Positions 37,498-49,074 of a stretch of 64,000 bases of DNA are shown here, piece by piece. Numbering within the stretch: the stretch's first letter is position 1; every line of letters starts with the position of its first letter. Under the pieces are notes generated by a model. The model did no database searches. It was not told the origin of the DNA and was given only the letters and a program-made list of their open reading frames with translations. The DNA comes from Phoronis australis (Eukaryota; Animalia; Phoronida). Position numbers and translations under genes: made by a program. The stretch covers positions 511,098 through 575,097 of the forward strand of contig NMRA01000269.1 of NCBI GenBank assembly GCA_002633005.1, in the 5' to 3' direction.

Positions 37498-38826
37498 GTT
37501 GCTCCAGCGTGTGTAAGACTAACGCGACATCTATAGTGTGTAGTGAATAAAAACAATGTGACATTCGTGAGACACCGGCCATCTCCGACGGATGAATACA
37601 ATTTCCTGTTGAGGGGTGGACAGCTTGGGGACCCATAAAACATGGGCAAAATTAGAGCTGATTTGTCAAAAATGCTTTTGCTTCGTAGATCAAAAATAAC
37701 CCACATTCTGAGTTCTGGATAACCGCAATATATAGAGAATATATAATACTAGAACATGAAAATGATAGTCACAGATTTCGACTGCCCAAGAAATGATCGT
37801 CGGTTGGGACAGATTTTATAGTTCTTTGGTTGGGATGCGACTCAATCGGCCTACTTCTGGCGTGCGTTCAATAACGCTAGGACCGCCTGTCTTTTTTTGA
37901 GGGGCGTCTTACTACTAGGCACGTTCGCATTTAATTGCCCCTAGATTGAGCTACAAACTCGATGAAAACTTTCGATTTTAGTCAGAGTCAACTGACTCTT
38001 AAGTGCAAGGAAGGAGTAGACAGTCATCCATGTAGACAATGCAGAGCGTATGCAAGACCACAGAATAAGCACTATTGTACTTGCAAAAAGTAGAACACAA
38101 AATGTCAAAAATAATTTCGAGTTCAATTTTCAAGTTGACTAATTAGATCGGATCCCGGCCACGTCTCTGTGATTCCATGGCATTTTTCACTGGTCTAGAA
38201 AATCATAATTTGTTGACCAAAGTAATTCGTCAGAATCGGCCTTGTTATCGTGATTTTTTTCACTCTATCACCAGTCAGACAAACCAGTAACTATAATTTA
38301 AGTGCCAAGCATACCCTCACTGTGCCAGAACGTCATTAAAACATTTTCTGGAATAGACAAGTAAGTGCAAAAACGCTATCTTATGAACAGTCTACCAACC
38401 GACTCGGGCCATAGGGAGTGTGCCGATCAACTGAGTATCTCCGAGTCGCTTCCGAAGGATTGACGAGTTTGTTCTTCTCTTATTTGTTTGTAGTTATTTG
38501 TTTGTTTTCCCAATTGTCATTTTATAGTAAGTGAAACGAGCTTGTGGATCATGTTTATAATAAACACCTTCTCATTTGAAACGAGCTTTTCTCAAATAAA
38601 TGAGCTTCGAAAAAAGGACTAAATTAATACTTAATGAGGTATTGCCCAGAAAATACCACACTTTCAAATTCATTAATTCATTTCAAATGAGAAGGTGTTA
38701 ATTTTTAAAAAATAAACTAAACATTGACTTGAATTGATCAGTATTACGGGTCCTCTACACTTTCGCAGTTCTGCAAATATATACTTAAATGACTGAGTTA
38801 AATTCATTTGTTTCCAGATAATTGAG

Positions 38827-39185
38827 TTGTCAGTCCCATTGATATCGTTCCAACTTCCTCGCAACCACGAAATAATCCTATACAGATCAAGATGCGGTCT
38901 ATTCCTAAACAACGAGAAATTTAGACATAATTTTAATATTTCGCCTCTGTGTTGCTGTGGAGACGCACAGACAAATGCTCATGTTTTCTTTGCTTGTGAG
39001 GTATGCAAGGAGCAGAGGGTACAGCTTTTCCAGACACTCGAACAATACCCCAATATTTACAACAAAACATTCTGAAATTCCGCAAGTGTACAACAAAATT
39101 AATTTTTTTTCTATATGGAAGTCAAGAACTCAACCCAGACGAAAATAAGGTTTTTATTCGAAATAGTATCAAAATTTCTTTATAA
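38827..39185 (+). mobile_element. CR1/L2-clade LINE 3'-end relic
   Basis: RSRCGLFLNNEKFRHNFNISPLCCCG..TNAHVFFAC..QRVQLF matches the C-terminal zinc-knuckle region of LINE ORF2; stops and frameshifts. Confidence 0.65.
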
Positions 39186-40278
39186 TATTAAATCTCTTTG
39201 TGTGAGTGGATAGAATTTGTATACATGTGTATGAAAATGATTTATTTACATTCGTAATCATATGTCATTGTAATCATAACAACAGTTTTTTTAATTCATG
39301 TATTTGGGTAAAATAATTGTATATAGATTTCTTTGTACTTTTTTTTAACCCAGAATGCCTCTTGGCGCTTTCGGGGTTATGTAAAAAGATAACTGCCTAC
39401 TTGCCGGTGACCGAGTCCCACAGAAGGTCCGCTGCAAAAAAGATGACTCCTCACTCTGGTTGCGAAAGTTTAGTAAAAAGACAACCGTCGAAAGATCCCT
39501 ACGAAAGGGTTAGGTTTATGGAATTAATATCTCTGCAAGGTGGTGTGTTTTGGAAGTGAAGCTCTGACGAAAATTAACTAATATTTCAGAACAGCTCCCT
39601 ATAAACGGTTCTCCTTTTTGACTGCACTTTCTAAGTGTGCGAGTATCCCAATTTCCTAGTCGCACCTCACGTATTTTGAAAAAATATAGTCAAATACACC
39701 ATATGGTGGAACATGGCTTGCTTGTTCATAGAGGGCGCAGTCGCTGCTCTTTGTCTTTATCCATCGTATTTCGCTTTGTGTGCCGATTGAACAGCTTGTG
39801 CCACTGTGAAAACAACAAAGTGCTCGCACTGAGCTCCAGTCTTATTATGTAGGTAAGAACATTCAAATAAGTCTTGGTGAAGGTATAGACGATCATACAA
39901 AAACCGTTGACCACGAACAAATGACGGTCTCATTGACCTATCTCAGTTTGTTTTCGACATGTTGCATTTGAAGATCGGATGGGCGAGTGGGCAAGTAACA
40001 TTTGTTAATGGCAGTTGGTTGGATAGAGAGGATGGATCAATAATTAGTCACGTCAAATAATCATTCACGTAGTAGTATCTCTTGTGATTTCATGAATGGC
40101 GCGAAGAAAGTGTGATCCAAACGATCATAAGTCGCAGACGGATTGTGACGTTTCAAGGGATTCAAGCAAATTTGATACAAGTTGCGCGAGACTGAAGCTG
40201 ATACCGGAGACCGGGTTTTTAATCATGAAACACGATAGAAAGTCGAGACGTTGAACAGTAAACGACCTTTTGGTTGAA

Positions 40279-41604
40279 ATGCCGTCAGAATCAGGAGATA
40301 CCACAAAGACCCGCTCACCATATCACTTTATGCTTCACACAGAGGAATTCTTGGGCCAAAAGTACTCCACTGCCACTGGACGAAGATTACCGCTCAAGCC
40401 GAGAGAAAATGTTGATAGACGTGTAGACGTGAGCAAATTCAACAAAAGGAATTTATTTTGCAAGCAAGACAAGGAATCTTTTGAACAAGCTGTGAACGAA
40501 CTTTTTGATTCGCATAATGGAAACAAACATGGTCACTATGATAAAATTAACTCCTCTTCAAAACTTGTGCGAGAATTATGTCAGCTGATTACAAAGCGAC
40601 ATAAAAGATATGAGAAGCTGGGAAGAGAACTTAAAGTCCAGTTAATCGCGGAATCTGCTTTGGCTTATCACAACAACGTTTGTCCAGGTGGTCACACGTT
40701 ATTGTTTATCGCTGCTCGTCTTTGTCATAAATTCAGCTGCAGACGATCATCTGTTTTAACGCGCCTCCTGGTGGCCATCCATACTTGCCCATTGTGGGAG
40801 GCGACAGAAAGCGGTCTGAATATCTTCTTCCAATTTTTGGAGCGCAATAGGACGTGTAAACCGAATCCAATATTCGATAACATGAAAAACTCAAGTTTTG
40901 ACAAAAATCTGGAAATTCTTGAATATTTTCTTAAACATTCTTTACGGTTTCATGCAGAAAATGTTGTCAACTGCTTAACGAACGAGTCGCCGAACGGAAA
41001 AAACAATGATTGTGGAAAACTCACGAAATTTGACTTTGCTAATGCATGCGTTCCTTGTAAAGAAGCAAGTCGACCACTACTGCTGGCCGCACATGCTGAA
41101 AACGCGCCAGCCATTCTGCTGTTAGTCAGATACGGTGCAAACCCATTGCAACCACCGTGTCCTGTGCACGTGGGTGAGCACGAGTATTATCAACACGCCC
41201 TACATCTAATGCTGAGCAAGCTCAATGCATGCGTTTTCCTAAGACTTCACCAAGAGAAGCTTCCCAATAACCCCGAAGAGAGCTTTGCTCAACAAAATGA
41301 CAGGCGAGAAAGCAACCTTATTGAATGCGTATCGGTACTGTGTCGCGCGCTGTCATCTCTGCCAGCAATGGTTGTATCCGATCACGTGGACACCACCTCG
41401 TCCTATCAGACAGACCGTCAGCTGAGTCGCGTGTATGCTCATAGATTTCCGGAGGGGTACATTTGCGGGGCACCCTCCTTGACACACCTCTGCAGAATGA
41501 GAGTGAGACAAGCCCTATTGGCACAGGATTTACTTCCAGTTGGCATTGAAAGGCTTCCGCTTCCAAAATATCTGAAAGACTTCCTGGATTTGAAAGTCGA
41601 CTAG
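40279..41604 (+). CDS. Intronless SOCS-box protein with degenerate ankyrin-like segment (ASB17/stops-like)
   Basis: 441-aa ORF from the first ATG; ankyrin-like PLLLAAHAENAPAILLLVRYGANP; C-terminal SOCS box PSLTHLCRMRVRQAL...IERLPLPKYLKDFL. Confidence 0.85.
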   Translation: MPSESGDTTKTRSPYHFMLHTEEFLGQKYSTATGRRLPLKPRENVDRRVDVSKFNKRNLFCKQDKESFEQAVNELFDSHNGNKHGHYDKINSSSKLVRELCQLITKRHKRYEKLGRELKVQLIAESALAYHNNVCPGGHTLLFIAARLCHKFSCRRSSVLTRLLVAIHTCPLWEATESGLNIFFQFLERNRTCKPNPIFDNMKNSSFDKNLEILEYFLKHSLRFHAENVVNCLTNESPNGKNNDCGKLTKFDFANACVPCKEASRPLLLAAHAENAPAILLLVRYGANPLQPPCPVHVGEHEYYQHALHLMLSKLNACVFLRLHQEKLPNNPEESFAQQNDRRESNLIECVSVLCRALSSLPAMVVSDHVDTTSSYQTDRQLSRVYAHRFPEGYICGAPSLTHLCRMRVRQALLAQDLLPVGIERLPLPKYLKDFLDLKVD

Positions 41605-42736
41605 ACTTTTTTGAAATCGATTCGAGAAATTTTTCATTAAACAGCTGATTTTTTTTCAATTTTTATTGTTGTCATCGTCAATTTTTTAAATTATTTGAAT
41701 GAAAATTTTATTGGTGTAACTTAGTAATTTATTAAACTATTTAATTTATTGTCCAGAAATGATTTACTATTGAGATTGTTATAAATCGTAACTAGACTAC
41801 TTTTCAGTGTGAAGCAGTCTTTAATTCTTGTAAAGAAACTTGGGAGTTCAGTTCTGGAATCCCAAGCAATTCATGTATGTTATTAGAACTTTCAAGACAG
41901 TATTTTGCCAATTTGTGCATCATAGTCAAGTAATCCGCAATTGTAACTGTTGTGTTTGTTGTCATTGGTGTTACAATATGTTCATGAAGTTTTTGAAAAA
42001 GAATTCAAAGATAAAAGTGATGTATTGTAAATGTGTTTGGTGTTGGACATATGACTTATGAAGTAAATTTTGTCTCTTGTGTTGTGCGTTTCGTAAATTG
42101 AGATATTGGAATATATATCAAGTTATTTACGCACGTTAAGAATTACTCTACACGCTTAGTTTACGCATATCATTTTAAAGTATTCTATTCAGGGGAATCT
42201 TCCTGAGGAAATCAGACGATACTGGGAACATAGATTGAAACCAAATCAGCTGATACTTGGAATTTCTTTCAATGCATCACACATCGGCAGAAAAGGATAG
42301 AACTTTGCGGAGTCCGTGTGTCCAATTTCGTTCAGCCCCGAATGTGGCAAGCTGATGTTCAAATTTTGAAGTTATTCACTTCGTCCTGTTAACAGGCTAG
42401 AAACGAAAACCAAATTAGACCTTTTACTTTCATAAAATCAGTCTTAGAATATTCCTTACCTTGATAAAATTCTGCTTCTCTTACCAACAAAGGCATCGAA
42501 ACCACTAAAATCTCAAACAAACACTCCAGATATTATTGAGGTTGGCCAATCCTAAATATAGCGAATTGGAAAATGGCGCACGCATGCATTGCGTGTTACT
42601 TGAGTTGTCGGTTCATTGGGCAACTATTCAAGATCGGATGAGCGTTGTACTGTTTTTAAGCCCCAAAAGCGCTTCGGTTAAGAATTTAACATTGACACTA
42701 AACAGGGCGAACTGCAGATAACATTAGTCAGTGACT

Positions 42737-43270
42737 ACTAGACCATAAGCTTACATTTACTCCTCAATGTCGCGAACTCGTTCATAAAGTACAAAAAATA
42801 ATTAATCCATTTAGAATCATCTCTCGTCATCTCAACTTCATGCATCTTGAAACTCTGTTCAAGTCTTTTGTACTTCCACATTTAGATTACTGTGACATAA
42901 TCTACCAATCGGCAAACGCTGGCATACTTCTTCAATTAGAAAGACTACAATACCAAGCAGCTTTAGCCATAACAGGGGCATACAAAGGGTCCAGCACAAT
43001 CAAGGTTCTAAATAGTCTCAACTGGAGCAAACTAGCAACCCGTCGTAAACTCCACCTGTCCATGTGTACATTCAAAGTCTTAACCAACATAAACAATTAC
43101 TTTAAAAAAATCCTCTTTGACTCCTACGAAAGACCAAGCACGAGACCAGGACTGCGGCAAAGTAATATGCATACTATTCCATCTTCCATCAACCAAGCTT
43201 TCAGGAGATCAACGATATTAACCAGTATTGACAACTGGAATTCCGACAACTTAGGCACGATTTTACCTGA
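42737..43270 (+). mobile_element. CR1/L2-clade LINE ORF2 relic (post-RT region)
   Basis: LFKSFVLPHLDYCDIIY...LERLQYQAALAITGAYKGSS...LNWSKLATRRKLH. Confidence 0.85.
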
Positions 43271-44370
43271 GGGAAAAAAGACTCTAAAAATTAATTTGTA
43301 TAAAAGAGGAAGTACACCAATTTTGGATAAAACGTTAGTTGAAATAAAAAAATCAATTTAAGATGTGAAAATTTCGGGGGTAATTAATTAATACACCAAC
43401 TTACTAACGACCAATTTACGGTTTATTTAAACATTCATGTGGAACAAAGATTCTTTTTGAATAAGATAGTTTAGAAACCATATCCACAACTTCCAAATGT
43501 CCTGCGGAGAAAGTAAGGGCTGTTGAACTCCAAGCACACTGCTATAGTTTGCCAGGAGGCTCTTTATTTCTGGAATTAGTTTTGTTAACATGTTTGAAAC
43601 GTTTCACGTGCGTTCAAAAATTGAATTTGCCACTTTAGCTCTGCAAAATCGCTTGTTCACATTCCGGCAACATGGATCTTGGCCAACCTCGGCTTTTCGA
43701 CCACTGAACAGCGTTTACGTTGTGCGGCTGTGCAGCCGACCCTACAACAAACAACCCCGGTGAGCAGACGACGTACTTGTCTGAAGTTAGACCGGAGAAC
43801 ACACCAGACGCTACTAGTGAGCCATGACTGCGGCTTGTGGGTACGATCATCCGCGACCCGTAGTCTATGCTTGCACGACGCTTATTGCAAGCTAGTGTAG
43901 GCTTAATGAGGCTACGCGGGCGTCGGCTATTTTCATGAGAACCCAGCGACAAAACACCTGATGAGGTCGACGCCTCGCGTGATGTATTCGTTAGGTATTT
44001 TTACTTGGAACCGGAGGACAATTTATACTTATATTTTGCTCCTCGATTTCAGTTAACTTTGAGTGGAAGCCTTTGGCAAGAATCGGCGATCTATGATAAA
44101 ATCACAAATCCCTGGTCAAAACTAATAACATTAAAAAGCCAATCCAACAAATGTGCACGTTTACAAAACCTTAATACTCCACGCAAAATTTAGGGTAAAA
44201 GTAAAAATAACAATCACAAGAGTAGAATAATAATCAATTTACGCAAAAGATTTACGCCGTTAACAATTAATTTAGGCTATTTAAAATTAATTCACACCTT
44301 TAATATTTAATATACACCGTTAGTAATTGACATAACTCATTAAGAATTGATTCACGTGCTAAACGATTGC
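43270..44370 (+). repeat. Dispersed repeat block B, copy 1 (paralogue 55627-56770)
   Basis: ~1.1 kb colinear similarity. Confidence 0.9.
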
Positions 44371-44399
44371 CATAAAGTTGTTGAGAGTAAATCATTCGC

Positions 44400-44760
44400 A
44401 TCTTTATGGGGCTGTTTACTTATGAAAAAAGACCAGTTACTTAGAACTTCGTTCCAAAACGGATTGATTACTTTAGTGTGATATTTATTAAAATCATTTC
44501 CAAAATTTATAATTTCACCCATTCTGATTCAGAGGTAAACCAGTCTTTTTATCCATGAAACTTTTATAGCCTTGCTAAGAAGAATTATATTCAGCATTTT
44601 TACTCCCCTTTCCTCATAATTTTTAATTAGTACATATCTCTTCACTCTTTTAACTTTGTTATTCCAAATAGACTCAAAAATGCTTGCGTTCAATTCATTC
44701 ATAATAATGTCTGTAGGAGTAGGCAGGGCTGTCATTATTTGAATAATTTTTTATTATTTT
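44400..44760 (-). mobile_element. Tx1/L1-clade LINE relic
   Basis: LPTP...IFESIWNNKVKRVKR..LIKNYEERGVKM...IKVSWIKRL. Confidence 0.75.
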
Positions 44761-44875
44761 TTGAACTGTTTGAGTCTGAAATTTAATTCGTCGTAAAAAT
44801 TAAATTAAGAAAATTTTTATCAGAAAATTCTGATAAAAATTTGCCAAAACCGATGCGACAGGTTTCGGTTCGCTG

Positions 44876-45458
44876 ATACTGTTTTTTAACAAAAACTTAG
44901 AAAATATCGGGTCTTCATCTAAGATCAGAGTACATCGGAGCAGTGGCCAAATTTCTGAACTTCATTTACTCAAAACAAAACTTCAATGGACTCCTGAATA
45001 CAGTTCGTGGCAATGATTTATCGCTTCCTTTTTACTCCACATAATTGCCATCAAGATTCACCTACCCCATTTTCCCCTTTTTGGGATCTACAAAAGCCTG
45101 AACCGTGTCTTTTAGACTTCAAGATTGCAGGAAAGGAATACGCACCGGTTTATCAAAAATAAACAAGATTACCCGATATCTTCTTTATCTGAAAATTAAG
45201 CGGAGGAACGTAAATTATTCTTAGTTATTCAATAGAAACTAGATTGGATGACCTCAGATAATTAGACCCAGTGGTGTAGTCATAGGACAAAATAAGGGAG
45301 ACGCAAAACACAAGCAACACAAAAGATGTGAATATTGTTAGACAGTAATGTAAAAAAATTCTCCATTTCGTAGAATTGAAAGGTAACGTTAAATTTACTT
45401 TAATTCGGACCCCAGAATAACGAAAACATAATTTTACTGAGGAGAGACGTCCCCTGTT
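44876..45458 (+). repeat. Dispersed repeat block C, copy 1 (paralogue 59078-59597)
   Basis: Shared ggccaaatttctg.acttc, agataattagacccagtggtgtagtcatag and acgtcccctgttg. Confidence 0.88.
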
Positions 45459-45649
45459 GAAGCAATGGCGGCCACCCTCGCAACTCTCAACTATACCCCT
45501 TCAGTTAGACCGAACACACGTGTAGTGAAAACCAGCCCGGACAGAAGAAGTACATGCGACGCAAGGCCGTGCCAGCGTGGAAGACATTGGTTGAATGCTA
45601 CCTGGTTGAAGCGTCTAAGCATTTTATCAAGCTGATTGTAGTTGCGACC

Positions 45650-45905
45650 AAAATCCTCTGGTCTTTTATATTTAAGGTACTATTGTTCGGCGCAAGGTTC
45701 ATGAGCACGGTAAAAATTATCTACAACAAATCCAGTCTTTGTGTTCTCTAACATCGAGTTTTCTCGGTGACGTCTTTTCTCTTTCTTGTTTGTACTGTGT
45801 AGAAATTTTAGGTAATCTCATTCGACATGACAGGATGGTGGCATTCTCTGGTGTCAAGTTTAGAATTTCTGAGTTTAACCTGGTTCAGTACGCTGACAGC
45901 ACGGC
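45650..45905 (+). mobile_element. Tx1/L1 RT fragment
   Basis: FGARFMSTVKIIYNKS...LVQYADST (degenerate YADD); paralogous to 59610-59905. Confidence 0.65.
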
Positions 45906-48900
45906 TCAGAAACAGTTTTCTTTTAATCGTATTTTTCAGCAATTGCCTAATATTTTGCTAAAATTGGTGTCACCAACCATTAGATTTTATCCCCAAAATA
46001 CAAGAGGGTTAATTTCACAGAAACCAATAATTTATCACAATTAAAAATAAGCCACTTATTAAACATTCGGCTTAGGTGTACAATAAGCTATTTGTCAAAA
46101 AGTCTGTGATGTGTCATGTTCCCCTATGTCTGATTTTCTCGTGCAGTCACTCTTAAACGCGAAAGCAAGAGCGTAAGTAACTATATGTCACGGGTTCACG
46201 CTCCCAAATGTGTTGTGCTTAATTTTTTGTTTCGGCTACATTACATCCAGTTGGCTTTTACGAATTTCTGATTTCAGAAAAAGTTTAGGCCATTGAATAA
46301 CGCTTGTTATTCTGAAATCAGGTACCCATATAGCTGACTATTAGCGACAACTGGCCGATATTGACAGCGTGAAACCGTGGTGGAAATCGCAGGGGAGGGG
46401 TAAATGCTACGACCGAGATGGCATCATTATATTCAGCCCCGGGTGAAAACAATCAATGCAACAGGTCTAAAAACTCTAAGGTGTCATTTTTTCTGGTACT
46501 AAAAGTTATTTTGGGTAAATATACATTAATATACCGATTTCCTAGATGGCTTAACTTTCTAAAACATTAAAAAGTTGCACACATTTAACATAAATCGGCA
46601 ATTAAAATTAGCTATGTGAACTGGAGTTATCCCAGATCATGTCTCCGCATTGTTCACATCCGTGCAGCAAGACGGAACGCAAAAATATAGGTCAACAATG
46701 TGACGACGTGAGAAAAGAATACCGAACTCACGCGTTGCCGTTCGCGTTTAAAAGGATACCAAACCCGGTTTTGTCCTATTAACAGATATTGAAAACAACA
46801 TTTCCATCCAATTCCCCGAACCAAACTAATGCTCTGTAACCCCCGACAAACCTCAAAAGTTTGGAGGAAAATGTGAGAACTCTTCGCTTTTAGCTACTTG
46901 CATCTGTGGAGAAAGACCATGTGACATAAGAAGTATTTAAGTTTTCAGTTGACTCCTGCTTCTATCTTTCAAGATTGACGTCACTAATGCATTAGCAGGT
47001 GACAGAACGAGGACTGGCTGAAATCATCAAAACAAGATTTAGTATCATTTTAACGTGCAGCTGAAGCTTTCTATTGTCTACACAAAACCATGCACCCAAA
47101 TATGCCCCGCCAATCTTGAAGAAACGCCGCAAATTATGTTACAATAAATATACCCTTTGTAAAGTCTTGGACTTTCATTCTGTGCCTCAAGTTGGTAAGA
47201 ATAATCCATCTTTAGTTGTAATTTTGAGGACCAATTCCAGGCATTGTTGAGCACGTTCCTTATTTGCAGACATGCGTTTTCTCATAAAATTATTTTATAC
47301 GGTCCATTTATCCGTATATGGTATAATGCCGATTGACTCGTTACGTCAGAGAGTATGGTCAAGGTTGTGATTGGCTAATATGCCTGTGACCAGACCCAAT
47401 ACACATGTCCGACGTTTCACCCGCCATCTTTGATAGAGTAAACAAGCACGTCCCTTGTGTTTCTTATACAAATGGCTTCAAAAGCAAGGTTTGCTAAAAT
47501 CTATATTTTTCAAAAGATATGAAATGGATTGTCAAAGGGTTGCAGTTATGCTATTTCCAAGATATTCAAGATCGTAACAAACCTGAATTTTCATGCGAAC
47601 CCCCTATGCTCAATTTTGTAGTGCAGTGTAAGACATTTTTGCCGATGTTGTTATGAATCGAATACTTTGCAATGTTGGTCAGCCTCCCGTTCAGTATCGC
47701 TAGGACGTCGCTAAAGACTTCGCGACATTACGTGAGATGTTGCCGAGTATTTTAAAAGAGAACTTGTGAATTTGGCTAGATTTTAGCTAGGTCCTAGCGT
47801 TGGTCCTAGTGTTATTGAATGCACGCCAGGTTCTTTTCATCCTAAGAACAAAGTCCTTAATTTTGTTTTCATTGAAACAAGGGCTCAGTTTTCAGATGTA
47901 TTACAAAAATGTTATTAGTCAAAGGGGAACACAAAATGAATAAAAAATGATAGAAAAAACGCAACAGTTGTTTAAGTTAACTATGGCACAAACGCGTTGA
48001 CGATTTACGGAACTAATCCGAGTTCCTCTTTCGGAATGTTTCGCAAGAGCTTCGCAGTGCATGGCGATATTTTACGAAGTCTTGCGTGATCTCTTGATCT
48101 CGCTATCTCTTGCGTCTACGGTACGTAATGATCTGGCGAAAAATGTGTCTTGCAACCCACGTCTTGGCCTCAGTTTCTGCAATTTATTTAGATACAACGT
48201 CAAGAACTGAAGAAAGACTTCTATCACATCCAAAATTGGTCCGCTGTGGTTGAGAGCACGTAAATTACAGGTACCTAAAACCTGGCGAGATGACCGAAGT
48301 AAAAATCATATTGCTCTATTTAGCAAGATACGTGACTGTTCACGGATGATGTAGTATCCAAGACAGGTGTTGTTGATGATTCATACCATCGATTTTGAGA
48401 TATATAGACGTGAAGATAGTAAACGAGCGTCTGTTTACGACGTGAACCATAGTGCTGTAGACGTTAGGTGGCGGTGTTTAATAGCACTTTTCAAAGAAAC
48501 GAAGGAACTGTCCATAAATGTATGTTCATACATCAACGATACTAATTTACTTATTGTAATTGGTATCTGACATCATATTCGGAAAATCCGGAAACTATGA
48601 AAAGCTGTTTCCAATTTACCATTAATAATGGCTTAGGTAATTGCAAAACCGAAGTCAATTAAAAAATTGTGTATCGAAATCCGTATACATATTTCACATC
48701 CTGAATGTCACAAAGCCTAAAACTACCCAGGCGGTGACCATAAAATAGCTTTATTTCCCCATGTTCCTGCACCAATTAAAAGAAAATGTGAAAATTCACG
48801 ATTGCCAACACAGTCTAAATAACCTGAACATCTGTGTAGTCTCTTTCCATGCAGCGAAGCGAAGTTTGAACTGAAAATCCCGTTATGTTCACCACTGCAC

Positions 48901-49074
48901 CGTATGATATGTAAACTAAACACATGAATGATATATCATGTAGACACGTTTACCTGAACTTCTCAGATTATGACAATTATAACGCGATCTCGATGAAAAA
49001 ACGTCCACAAACAGCCTTTTACACGGATGGTTTCCCGGTGCATGTATCGACGTCCATTATAAATACACTTCCCT

